Positions 17,121 to 24,839 of a stretch of DNA of 32,000 nucleotides are shown here, piece after piece. The notes below the pieces were generated by a model. It saw nothing but the letters and a program-made list of their open reading frames with translations, ran no database searches and was not told where the DNA came from. The position numbers were made by a program, and so were the translations under genes. This stretch comes from Xylanibacter ruminicola 23 (GTDB lineage Bacteria > Bacteroidota > Bacteroidia > Bacteroidales > Bacteroidaceae): NCBI RefSeq assembly GCF_000025925.1, contig NC_014033.1:1140001-1172000 (forward strand), in the 5' to 3' direction. Within the stretch, counting starts at the first letter, position 1. Each line of letters opens with the position of its first letter.

Positions 17121-17571
17121 ACGCATTTATGAATAACACCTTATGTCGGTTATCTTTCGGCCTCACCGCAAAGTGTACCCAGATGGCGCCATAGCGATTC
17201 TTTTCTATCAGCAATTCATCAAACTCCTGTGCCGATTCCTTGGCGTAATCAATCAGTATCGCCGCATAGCAGATGGCCTGCTCATACCCCGAGGTTCGAA
17301 TATCCACCGCACATCCCGTTAAGTGATTACTGGTGGGTGCTCCACCAACCTTACGATTTAACTGCGGCGATCGATAACCTGAGTTAATGATAATAGGTTG
17401 TGAGGCTTTCTCTCGCAAAACCTCCAGCCAAGTACAGAGGTTGGCAAGGTTCGCAATCGCCTCATGACTAGGAATGTTATACACTTCAGGATATTTGCTC
17501 CTAGTGAACTCCCCCAACACGAAATGTTGGGAGAGATTTGCTTTACTGTTCAATTGTACTATAGCTTCCAT
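17119..17571 (-). CDS. peptidase M15 family (D-Ala-D-Ala carboxypeptidase / endolysin-like)
   Basis: 150 aa. SGYRSPQLNRKVGGAPTSNHLTGCAVDI..IWVHFAV is the Hx6D..H zinc site of Peptidase_M15_3-type enzymes. Confidence 0.8.
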   Translation of the reverse strand: MEAIVQLNSKANLSQHFVLGEFTRSKYPEVYNIPSHEAIANLANLCTWLEVLREKASQPIIINSGYRSPQLNRKVGGAPTSNHLTGCAVDIRTSGYEQAICYAAILIDYAKESAQEFDELLIEKNRYGAIWVHFAVRPKDNRHKVLFINA

Positions 17572-17606
17572 AATGTTTAATGTTTAATATTTAATGTTTA
17601 ACGTTT
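17572..17606 (+). repeat. heptanucleotide array E: (AATRTTT)5
   Basis: Units read aatgttt aatgttt aatattt aatgttt aacgttt. The array starts directly after the M15 start codon (17571) and contains the TAA stop of the upstream 789-aa ORF (17598-17600). Confidence 0.85.
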
Positions 17607-19967
17607 CCTAAACTTTTCGCTCTTAACAAAACTGAAATCTGAAATCTGAAACACATACTTTCTGCTTTTCCAGATTCTTATCATTTTGATGGCCCTACTT
17701 GCATCCATGCCTTGCTTTTGGCGCATGCGCTTTGCATCGTCTAATGTAAACTCATCTGGCAACAGCTCCAGCAGATTTCGAGGGCCACGGGTTCCCATGC
17801 GCTCGCCTTCTTGGTTGGCTCTTTCAATATCTTCACCAAAGAACTGCATTTTGCACCATAGATCGTACTGCAGGCTCCAACGGACAAAATCTTCAATCGT
17901 CTTTTCCCATTGGCAGCCATTGGCCACATACAGCACACAGGCCTTTAACCAAGCTATTACGATGGCACGATGCGACAGGTTCCAATACGTTTCATCCTGC
18001 GACAATCGGGCAAATTCAGCGCACTCCTCCTGTAGCTTTTTAGCCAGTTTGAATGCCTGCGGACAATCCACCACGCCATGAGCCGACACAAGGTTGTCGA
18101 TATACGTTTTCAGTTCAGCATCAAACGCCTCGTCGTATTTGCCGTAAATGGGCTGCTCTGCTCCAATCTCCATCTCTGGGATGGTACAGAAATTGATTCG
18201 GCTGATAGGACCATCAGTAAGTACTCGACTGAAGAAGCGACGACCTTTTTGGATAGTAGTACAGGCGTTCCAGTTGAATCTACACTTAGGTCTGGCTGTT
18301 ACACTCTGGGTACCGATACGTGTTTGTCCGAACTCAGCACCAGGGTCGAAAGCCAAGCACATCAGTTGGAAATGCTGCTTGCCAGTCTGACCTTTCAGCT
18401 GCTCAAACAAGTCAATCTCGTTCAGCTTTACATACACAAAGTGGCCTTCAGCCTCGTCCATACGGGTAACCAATGCGGGCTTGGTCATATCGGGATCAAT
18501 CTCTTGTATCACCAGTCCTTCTGGTCGCACCTGTTTATCCTTATTAGCACCCTTCTTTTGGCAATCCTTTTTCCACTCGGCCTCTCTTCGGGTGTTCTCG
18601 GCATCGCGGGCTTTAATATCGGCCATGATATGACGGATAGGCTCATCTATACAGCCTTTACCTGCGCCCGTATGCGCCATCAAGCAGTTCATCAGCGTGG
18701 CCTCATGCTTCACGTAATCGGTGTACTCAAACTCTACCTCTTTCAAGTGTGTGCCAAGCGATGGAAACACCGCATGCGCCACCGCAGCTTTGTATTGGTT
18801 GGGGGTATTCTTGGTAAGTAGTTTAATCAGTTTCGGCAGTTTTGCTGGCATCTCAGGAGGAATAGGAGCAGAACGATCACTCACTTCTGCTTCTTTATCA
18901 TCCCCCAGTCTCCTACTCTTCGTAAATATTGCCTCTTCATCCTTATTCAGTTTTCGTTCAGGATTGTAATACTTGGCATAAAAATCACTCAGGCATTTCT
19001 GTACATTCGCATCGGCCCAATGTTCGGGCATCAGTTCCGCCAAAGCTCCGTTTGCCTCCTCCTTACTTAATAACTGGTTACAGCCACTCAGGAATATCTT
19101 CACCGCATTATGCCTACCACCAATATCCGTAAAGTCCGATTTCTCCAGTCCCTTAGCCTTCAGCACCGCCTCCATCACAAACCTCACCCTCTCATCAATT
19201 GGTTTATTTTGCAACGGACTACAGGACTTTGCTGTGACCAGGGACTGGTCCCTGTCGCAGGATGTGACTGGGCCCTGTCCCTCGTCACGGCTCTCGCGGC
19301 TATTCTCGCGGCCATCATCCGTTGCTAAATCATCTTCCCAAGGCTTATAGTGCTTCCTCGCCTTTTTAGCCCCAGCCGGCACCTGCTCCTCACCTTTACG
19401 CTCACGGTTTTTCAATCGGACGTATTCCGCCTCGCACTCCTCAACCGTCATGGGTTCATCAAACAGCTCGTCGTTGAGAAAAAGTAAATCATTTTCATCA
19501 CCACTTGTTGAGTAAACCACCCTTTGCAAATCATGCACATTAGTATCCATCTCAATCTGCAGAATGGTCGCAATGCGCACCTGGTTCTCAAGAATAGTAT
19601 AGCCAGGCTGGCGCTTACAAACCAAATGATATCCTCCACTCGCACTCTTCTCCAGCAGCATCAAGCCTATCTCATCTTTCTTGGCCAGTATCTGCTGTGC
19701 CATTGCCGCACTTTGGTCGGCATCATAGCAATCCACATCGTGAAAAAAGTAGCTACCAATGCTCTTGCAACCAGCCAAAGCCGAGCTATTCAGTACACCG
19801 ATATTGTAGGCAAACTGCACCAATTGCGCCTTAGCTTTCTCATCGCCTTTGCGCGCTTTGACTAAGTTCTCCAGATTCTCCTTGGTGTTTCTGAGCGCCA
19901 AGAAATCTTCACGATTCTTTACCAGATAAGCAAACTTCTTACCCTTATTAACTATGCGGTAAATCAT
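17598..19967 (-). CDS. putative primase/helicase-like replication protein (VirE/BT4734-like N-domain plus DUF3987-like C-region)
   Basis: 789 aa. The N-domain has FFHDVDCYD (DxD) and SGGYHLVCK (sxH), as in archaeo-eukaryotic primase-polymerase folds. An acidic/low-complexity linker follows. The C-region has MAHTGAGKGC. The family names are from memory. Confidence 0.55.
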   Translation of the reverse strand: MIYRIVNKGKKFAYLVKNREDFLALRNTKENLENLVKARKGDEKAKAQLVQFAYNIGVLNSSALAGCKSIGSYFFHDVDCYDADQSAAMAQQILAKKDEIGLMLLEKSASGGYHLVCKRQPGYTILENQVRIATILQIEMDTNVHDLQRVVYSTSGDENDLLFLNDELFDEPMTVEECEAEYVRLKNRERKGEEQVPAGAKKARKHYKPWEDDLATDDGRENSRESRDEGQGPVTSCDRDQSLVTAKSCSPLQNKPIDERVRFVMEAVLKAKGLEKSDFTDIGGRHNAVKIFLSGCNQLLSKEEANGALAELMPEHWADANVQKCLSDFYAKYYNPERKLNKDEEAIFTKSRRLGDDKEAEVSDRSAPIPPEMPAKLPKLIKLLTKNTPNQYKAAVAHAVFPSLGTHLKEVEFEYTDYVKHEATLMNCLMAHTGAGKGCIDEPIRHIMADIKARDAENTRREAEWKKDCQKKGANKDKQVRPEGLVIQEIDPDMTKPALVTRMDEAEGHFVYVKLNEIDLFEQLKGQTGKQHFQLMCLAFDPGAEFGQTRIGTQSVTARPKCRFNWNACTTIQKGRRFFSRVLTDGPISRINFCTIPEMEIGAEQPIYGKYDEAFDAELKTYIDNLVSAHGVVDCPQAFKLAKKLQEECAEFARLSQDETYWNLSHRAIVIAWLKACVLYVANGCQWEKTIEDFVRWSLQYDLWCKMQFFGEDIERANQEGERMGTRGPRNLLELLPDEFTLDDAKRMRQKQGMDASRAIKMIRIWKSRKYVFQISDFSFVKSEKFRKR

Positions 19968-20335
19968 TTACTAAATCCTTTCTTTTGCAGGTGTTTAATG
20001 ATGGGGCAAATACCCTTTCGCAGGATGGTTGGTAACTGGGCGCGCAGTTCGTTAGGTACCACAAATGTTACGCGATCGTTGCCATCAGCACCAAACGACA
20101 AACTGGCGTAATCTCCTTTAAATTCAGGCTTATGGCGTAATCGTTTGGTTCTCACAAACTCAAATGATCCGTTGGTCAACAATTGACCTAATCCACGACC
20201 ACGAAAAGCCTCCACTTGTCCTATACTCGGATTATCTGGCAGGAACTGCACATAATCCATTTCCAAATCACTCTTTGTAACGGCCATCATGCCGTTAACA
20301 GTTACGGTCTTGTTTAATTTGTTACTTGTTTTCAT
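19964..20335 (-). CDS. hypothetical protein
   Basis: I placed the start at ATG 20333-20335 (MKTSNKLNK..), because the track start at 20407 is a GTG in the upstream spacer. An ATGA overlap joins it to the downstream 789-aa ORF. Confidence 0.55.
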   Translation of the reverse strand: MKTSNKLNKTVTVNGMMAVTKSDLEMDYVQFLPDNPSIGQVEAFRGRGLGQLLTNGSFEFVRTKRLRHKPEFKGDYASLSFGADGNDRVTFVVPNELRAQLPTILRKGICPIIKHLQKKGFSK

Positions 20336-20490
20336 TTTGTTTTTGAGTTTTAAAGCGAGAAGAAGTTTCGGATTCCTTGGCCATTTACTCGAGAATATCC
20401 TCCTCACGTCAACTCAAATAACTAGTAAAATATGAAATAAGGAATGTTTTAATCTTTTAATCGTTTCTTTAGTACGCTTGCCTAAGCAAG

Positions 20491-20539
20491 AATCTTTAAT
20501 GTTTAATCTTTAATGTTTAATGTTCAACGTTTAATCTTG
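20491..20539 (+). repeat. heptanucleotide array F: (AATSTTT)7, partly degenerate
   Basis: Units read aatcttt aatgttt aatcttt aatgttt aatgttc aacgttt aatcttg. The array overlaps the last codons and TGA stop of the DUF3127-like ORF (20524-20526). Confidence 0.85.
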
Positions 20540-20805
20540 CAAATCTCGTTCGCAACAACGTCCATAAACGCTTGTCCATTGTACTCGCGAGTTTGGAATC
20601 GCAAATCAGCAACCACCAGTTCGTTCTCAGCAAACTCTATGGTGGCCAGGTTACCAAGTGTTGTAACCACATAGCTGTTAGCATATTTGCCACCAAGTTC
20701 CTGTAACACTAAGGTTCGCTTGTTCAGCACACCATTCTCACTTTTCTCACTCTGCACGGTAGTCATCACTCCGCACTTTTTTACTCTTAAAATCATTGTG
20801 TTCAT
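20524..20805 (-). CDS. DUF3127-like small OB-fold-type protein
   Basis: I placed the start at ATG 20803-20805 (MNTMILRVKK..). The C-terminal ..ADLRFQTREYNGQAFMDVVANEI resembles the ..RE(W/Y)NG(R/K).. signature I recall for DUF3127. Confidence 0.5.
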   Translation of the reverse strand: MNTMILRVKKCGVMTTVQSEKSENGVLNKRTLVLQELGGKYANSYVVTTLGNLATIEFAENELVVADLRFQTREYNGQAFMDVVANEICKIKR

Positions 20806-20863
20806 AATTCTTTTACTTTTTAAGTTGTTAAACAAATTGTTACATTTTATCATTTTTACATTT

Positions 20864-21025
20864 TTAAAATTCCAAATAAATGCTTCCGTATTTAGCTTGG
20901 AACTCTTTTCTGATTTCCTCGATACTTTTTCGAGTAATGCGATATCCGCGATCATACGCTTGCTGCTCCTCAGCTCTCACGTTAGCCAGATACAGCAGAT
21001 ATTCTTTTCGTTTAATCCCAGCCAT
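20864..21025 (-). CDS. possible 53-aa hypothetical protein (not in the ORF track)
   Basis: ATG 21023-21025 to TAA 20864-20866 gives MAGIKRKEYLLYLANVRAEEQQAYDRGYRITRKSIEEIRKEFQAKYGSIYLEF. It overlaps the Rha ORF stop by 14 nt. It has a helical, protein-like composition but no homology evidence. Confidence 0.3.
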   Translation of the reverse strand: MAGIKRKEYLLYLANVRAEEQQAYDRGYRITRKSIEEIRKEFQAKYGSIYLEF

Positions 21026-21719
21026 GACCGTTTTCAATCAGGTTAGTTATAAAATCGCGACCTTTCTCAGTCCAAACCAGATAGGTTTCGTATTTCAGCT
21101 TGCCTTTCAGCGAGTAACTCACATTCAATCGATCGGCCGTCAGCCCTAACCCTTCGTACTTGGGTAGTAGTCGGTACTGTCCGCATCGCCATCGTTGAAT
21201 CTTCATGTCAACCAGAAACGAGTTCAGGTCGTGCGCTGTCATGTTGTAAACGGCAGCAATCTCCGAAACCGTCAAGCAGCCGTCGCTCTCCTCGTTCACC
21301 TCATCCAGCTGCTCGCCTACTATCTCTTCCGACTCGTGCAGCACCTCTTGCTTGGTGGTAAGCAATCGCATCGACTGGTGTTGTGCCAGTCGTTCCATTT
21401 CCAACTGTTCCCATCGCAGCACCAACTTTGCTCGCATCTCATCGTCATACTTAGTGGCGACATAGAGACACTCGGTTTTGGTGAGCGAATAGCATGGCTT
21501 TAAACGTCCACGCAAATCCTTATACTCAATGAGTCCAAACTTGGACCCATTAACTTTTTCCCACGCAGGCTCCATACTTCTAATGTCGCGCAATACGTGA
21601 TTGTGTTGTTTCCCGCAAATCTCCGCTATTTCCAGCGACGTCATGTGCTGCTGGTTATACTGAGCATGCATGCGGGTTGTAAAACTTGAAGTTGTTTTTG
21701 AAATTGTAATTGTATTCAT
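21012..21719 (-). CDS. Rha-family phage regulatory protein with C-terminal KilAC/antirepressor-like domain
   Basis: 235 aa. MTSLEIAEICGKQHNHVLRDIRSM is the Phage_pRha signature. The C-terminal LTVSEIAAVYNMTAHDLNSFLVDMKIQ..YEGLGL is ANT/KilAC-like. Confidence 0.75.
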   Translation of the reverse strand: MNTITISKTTSSFTTRMHAQYNQQHMTSLEIAEICGKQHNHVLRDIRSMEPAWEKVNGSKFGLIEYKDLRGRLKPCYSLTKTECLYVATKYDDEMRAKLVLRWEQLEMERLAQHQSMRLLTTKQEVLHESEEIVGEQLDEVNEESDGCLTVSEIAAVYNMTAHDLNSFLVDMKIQRWRCGQYRLLPKYEGLGLTADRLNVSYSLKGKLKYETYLVWTEKGRDFITNLIENGHGWD

Positions 21720-21859
21720 AATCTTTAAAATTTTAAATTGTTATTGTTTAATAATGTACGTGCGCCTCTGTGCGCACATGTGCGTATATATACGCCATTT
21801 TATCGCCCTCCGCCGTTCGGAAGGTGAATGTTGTACCAGCATGTCAAAGATCACGTCGG

Positions 21860-21867
21860 CAAAGGTA
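21860..21867 (-). promoter_or_regulatory. -7 promoter box TAccTTTG upstream of the Rha gene
   Basis: Plus-strand caaaggta is tacctttg on the minus strand, 141 nt upstream of ATG 21719 and adjacent to the repeat cluster. Confidence 0.4.
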
Positions 21868-21870
21868 GAG

Positions 21871-22021
21871 TTCAACTATTCAACTCAAAAATTAATTTCA
21901 GTTGAGTTTTCAGTTGAACGGACAAAAATGCCCGCAAACGCCTTTGTTTACAGGCACGAAAAAAACAAAAAAAAATTCTACCAACATTCCAGTTGAATGC
22001 CAGTAGAACTTTTCAGTTGAA
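21871..22021. promoter_or_regulatory. cluster of AGTTGAA / TTCAACT iteron-like repeats
   Basis: ttcaact occurs at 21871-21877 and 21879-21885. tttcagttga occurs at 21896-21905, 21908-21917 and 22011-22020. ttccagttgaa occurs at 21987-21997, and a degenerate copy at 22000-22009. Confidence 0.5.
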
Positions 22022-22035
22022 TTTTAAGGCTTAAA

Positions 22036-23337
22036 TCAGTCTTTCACATAGTTGACAATCCAGTCAGCAATATCCCCTTTCTTACCCCTACCCATATACA
22101 CGGCAAAGGTTTTACTATCTGTGTTATCATCGCCCACGATAGCCGATGCAATACCCAAGTCGCTGCCTTGTATTACGCCAGCCCTTTTCAGACCATACAC
22201 TACAGCAGCCTTCAGTTGGGGCCGCTTGCTGGCTATTTGCCATTCGTCAGCTATAACGCTACCTATCTTCGATTTCATCAGACTGCTCACCAGCTCATCA
22301 CGCCACATGGTAGAATATTTCTCCTTATCAACCGAAACCGCATCAAACCAATCCTGCTGCAGCATTCGGCTGATGGTATTATAAGGTGCAAACAGGGTTG
22401 TATTCTCCAACGTTCCTGTTTGTGTAGGTTGTAGCACATTTACAAGTTCTGGGTTCAATCGGGCCATCTCCTTGTGTATCAGGTACAGCTTCATGTCGAG
22501 TTCAAAGATGGCTTGCAGCTGCGTATCGCTAAAGTCGTAGTAATGATTTTGGATGTATTTCCCGTATTTCTTGTAGTCGATAATAAGTATGGTGTCGTTC
22601 CAATGTATAAACTGCCGCCACTGGGCACATGCTACACAAAAATCGTCACTCATCACAAAATCATAAGGCAGAAATCCCTTCAGATAGTCGAGCCTAACCT
22701 CGTTCAATTCTTTCTGCGACGGCACAGGCGCAAAATTCATAATACCTTTTGTTAGCGATTCGGCTACCACTTTGGCCTGCAGTTCTCTCAGTTTGTCGAT
22801 GGTTACACACAGGTTCTCGTACCGCCATTTCTCAAATCTCTTCGATATCGCATCGCCGCTGTAGTTCTGCTTTTTGGCAAAATAGAATTTCTCAAACATG
22901 GCAGAATCGCAATGCATCAACGCTTTCTCAGCCTCAGCCAATAGCGTTTTCAGGTCTTCGATGTAGCATTTCAGACTCTCGTAAAAGCTTTCACCTTCCA
23001 TGTCGCTACAGATTCTTTCACACCACAGCCAGAACAATTCTTCGCGACGCAACCCTGACGAGATGCTGAACGCCTCCATGCACTTACCACGTTTCAGGTC
23101 TTCGATATACCCCGGTAGTAACTTCACGGCACCCTTCAGTTGTCGCATAAAGAACCGAGCAACAAAGGCTCTAATTCTACTGTTTTCAATAGATACCACA
23201 CAATATTGGCTGGCTATTTCCCTGGCAAGGTTGAGGTAATTTTTTAAACTTGGCAGGTAGTCAAGGGGCGCTCCGCAGCCAGCAGCCGAAGCTGCCCCAA
23301 GTTGAGCTCTTTCAAGCTCATTGTTGATAGTTTCCAT
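22036..23337 (-). CDS. hypothetical protein (433 aa), no recognisable motifs
   Basis: Long uninterrupted ORF with normal amino-acid composition and its own upstream TAnnTTTG box. I recognise no catalytic or binding motif. Confidence 0.7.
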   Translation of the reverse strand: METINNELERAQLGAASAAGCGAPLDYLPSLKNYLNLAREIASQYCVVSIENSRIRAFVARFFMRQLKGAVKLLPGYIEDLKRGKCMEAFSISSGLRREELFWLWCERICSDMEGESFYESLKCYIEDLKTLLAEAEKALMHCDSAMFEKFYFAKKQNYSGDAISKRFEKWRYENLCVTIDKLRELQAKVVAESLTKGIMNFAPVPSQKELNEVRLDYLKGFLPYDFVMSDDFCVACAQWRQFIHWNDTILIIDYKKYGKYIQNHYYDFSDTQLQAIFELDMKLYLIHKEMARLNPELVNVLQPTQTGTLENTTLFAPYNTISRMLQQDWFDAVSVDKEKYSTMWRDELVSSLMKSKIGSVIADEWQIASKRPQLKAAVVYGLKRAGVIQGSDLGIASAIVGDDNTDSKTFAVYMGRGKKGDIADWIVNYVKD

Positions 23338-23385
23338 CGTTTTTCAAATTAATTTAATGTTGTTTATTAGTTAAAAAATCGGCTG

Positions 23386-23393
23386 CAAATATA
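23386..23393 (-). promoter_or_regulatory. -7 promoter box TAtaTTTG for the 433-aa ORF
   Basis: Plus-strand caaatata is tatatttg on the minus strand, 49 nt upstream of ATG 23337. Confidence 0.45.
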
Positions 23394-23716
23394 ATACTTC
23401 TCCAGTAATCAAAAGCAAAAATATTAATCTTTTTTATTCGCGAGCGCCACTAAATTTTTAGCGTATTTCCTTGGTTTTTCCAATAGATTCACTATATTAC
23501 AACAGTTACCTGCTGCGAGTCGCAGCACCCCACCAAAAACCGCCCACATTTTGTAAATAAAACGTAGAAAAACCCCTCCACAAAAAATTTTTCACCCAAA
23601 TCCCAAATTGCAAACTCCGACCTTACAAAATCGCCCTAAAATTCAAACAAGGTGGTCGCATTTTGCAGTAACTTTAGGATATTTTTTAGTTTTTCTATCA
23701 AAAAAATGCTTTTTTA

Positions 23717-23747
23717 TTTGGAAATTCAGAAAATAGTTGTAAATTTG
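23717..23747 (+). promoter_or_regulatory. complete Bacteroidetes-type promoter (-33 TTTG, 19-nt spacer, -7 TAAATTTG) for the Abi gene
   Basis: tttg is at 23717-23720 and taaatttg at 23740-23747, 70 nt upstream of ATG 23817. Confidence 0.55.
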
Positions 23748-23756
23748 CAACCAACA

Positions 23757-23806
23757 AGCTTACCCCGCTTCCCGTAGAACAGCGCGCTTAGGGTGAGCCT
23801 TTTTTA
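23757..23806 (+). terminator. terminator-like hairpin plus U-run in the Abi leader (possible attenuator or tiny RNA)
   Basis: agcttaccc (23757-23765) pairs with gggtgagc (23791-23798): 8 bp including one G-T. An inner cgct/agcg stem is present. TTTTTT at 23800-23805 lies 11 nt before the ATG. Confidence 0.35.
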
Positions 23807-23816
23807 TTATTTAATC

Positions 23817-24713
23817 ATGAACAAAGTACCATATCCCAAACATATTCAGACGTTTGCTAATCAAATTAGCATTCTTAAGCAGCGTGGTTTGTCTATAAAC
23901 GACGAAGAGGAAACAGAAAAATGGCTCCGTAAAGTCAGTTACTATCGCATGAGCGGTTACTGGTATCCACTTTTGGAAGATAGACAGAATCACATCTTTA
24001 AACCAGGTAGCACTTTTGAGCAGGCAAAGATGCTTTATGAATTCGATAGCCATCTGCGTCGTATAGTGCTCTCTGCTATTGAGCGTATCGAAATTGCTAT
24101 TCGCACCCAAATGGCCTACGTTATGTCTCAAGCTCATGATGGTTACTGGTTTACTGATGTCGATCTATTTACAAATTCGTCACAGCATGCCAAGACGCTT
24201 GCCAGTATTCACGATGAGTTTCACCGTAGTGACGAACAGTTTGTAAAGTCGTTCAGACGAAAATACAGCAATCCATTGCCTCCCAGTTGGATAACACTCG
24301 AAATCACATCATTTGGAACAATGTCTATCCTTTATCAGAATCTTAAACCTGGACGTTCTAAGCGTGATGTGGCAGCCGCCTTTGGAGTTAGCGATACAGT
24401 ATTCGTCTCATGGCTCCACACTTTGGTTTACGTCCGTAACATCTGTGCCCATCACGCACGCCTTTGGAACAGAACTTTGGGTGTGCGCCCCCTGATGCCA
24501 CGTCAACCTCGTAACACCTTTATTCCGCAACCAGCCTCAGGAACACAACGTACCTATTTCGTACTTGCCATCATCCGCTATTGGCTCAACCTTATCGAGC
24601 CATCCAACAAGTTGCCACAAGATCTTATTCAACTTTTTTCTCTCTATCCAAGTGTTTACCCCGGTGCTCTCGGATTCCCCCAATCTTGGCAGCAGGAAGC
24701 TTTGTGGAAGTAG
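23817..24713 (+). CDS. Abi_2 (AbiD/AbiF-like) abortive-infection family protein
   Basis: I placed the start at ATG 23817 (MNKVPYPK..), because the track start 23793 is a GTG inside the leader hairpin. VSYYRMSGYWYPL.., LYEFDSHLRRIVL..IERIEIAIRT and VRNICAHHARLWNR are Abi_2 family hallmarks. Confidence 0.85.
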   Translation: MNKVPYPKHIQTFANQISILKQRGLSINDEEETEKWLRKVSYYRMSGYWYPLLEDRQNHIFKPGSTFEQAKMLYEFDSHLRRIVLSAIERIEIAIRTQMAYVMSQAHDGYWFTDVDLFTNSSQHAKTLASIHDEFHRSDEQFVKSFRRKYSNPLPPSWITLEITSFGTMSILYQNLKPGRSKRDVAAAFGVSDTVFVSWLHTLVYVRNICAHHARLWNRTLGVRPLMPRQPRNTFIPQPASGTQRTYFVLAIIRYWLNLIEPSNKLPQDLIQLFSLYPSVYPGALGFPQSWQQEALWK

Positions 24714-24839
24714 TTGACTAATAATAGCTGCCGTTTCATTATAGAATCAAAATAATGCAGTTAATACAAATAATCTCCGAGAAAACAAACTTTTCTCCAA
24801 TAGTTTCATTTAATGACAATCATCATTCGATCAATAAGT

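Larger units (their letters stand above)
17119..23337 (-). mobile_element. phage/mobile-element-like gene module (possible remnant; no integrase or ends visible)
   Basis: Seven minus-strand ORFs: six from the track (M15 peptidase, primase-like, DUF3127-like, Rha/KilAC, two hypotheticals) plus one added 53-aa ORF. These are typical of Bacteroidales prophage or integrative elements. The module starts right after the terminator next to the core uvrD-like gene. Confidence 0.4.

Noticed and set aside
18078-18821. 247-aa plus-strand ORF
   Set aside because: It is antisense to the 789-aa primase-like ORF, with no motifs.
19235-19290. GC-rich imperfect tandem duplication with the internal palindrome CAGGGAC-TG-GTCCCTG inside the primase-like ORF
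   Set aside because: It encodes a duplicated RD.GQ..VT peptide in the acidic inter-domain linker. It is most simply a slippage duplication in a disordered region, and the 2-nt loop is too small for a stable hairpin.
4621-20539. Heptamer arrays as a possible CRISPR array
   Set aside because: The units are 7 nt and contiguous, with no spacers, and there are no cas genes. These are microsatellite-like arrays, not CRISPR.
21670-21996. 108-aa plus-strand ORF in the Rha upstream spacer
   Set aside because: It spans the promoter box and the iteron cluster. It is Cys/Arg/Ile-rich, and its start overlaps the Rha start region. A regulatory DNA reading fits better.
24779-24797. gagaaaa-caaac-ttttctc hairpin between the convergent Abi and MTase genes
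   Set aside because: The stem is only 7 bp and nearly all A-T, with no adjacent U-run. It may act as a terminator but is not supportable.
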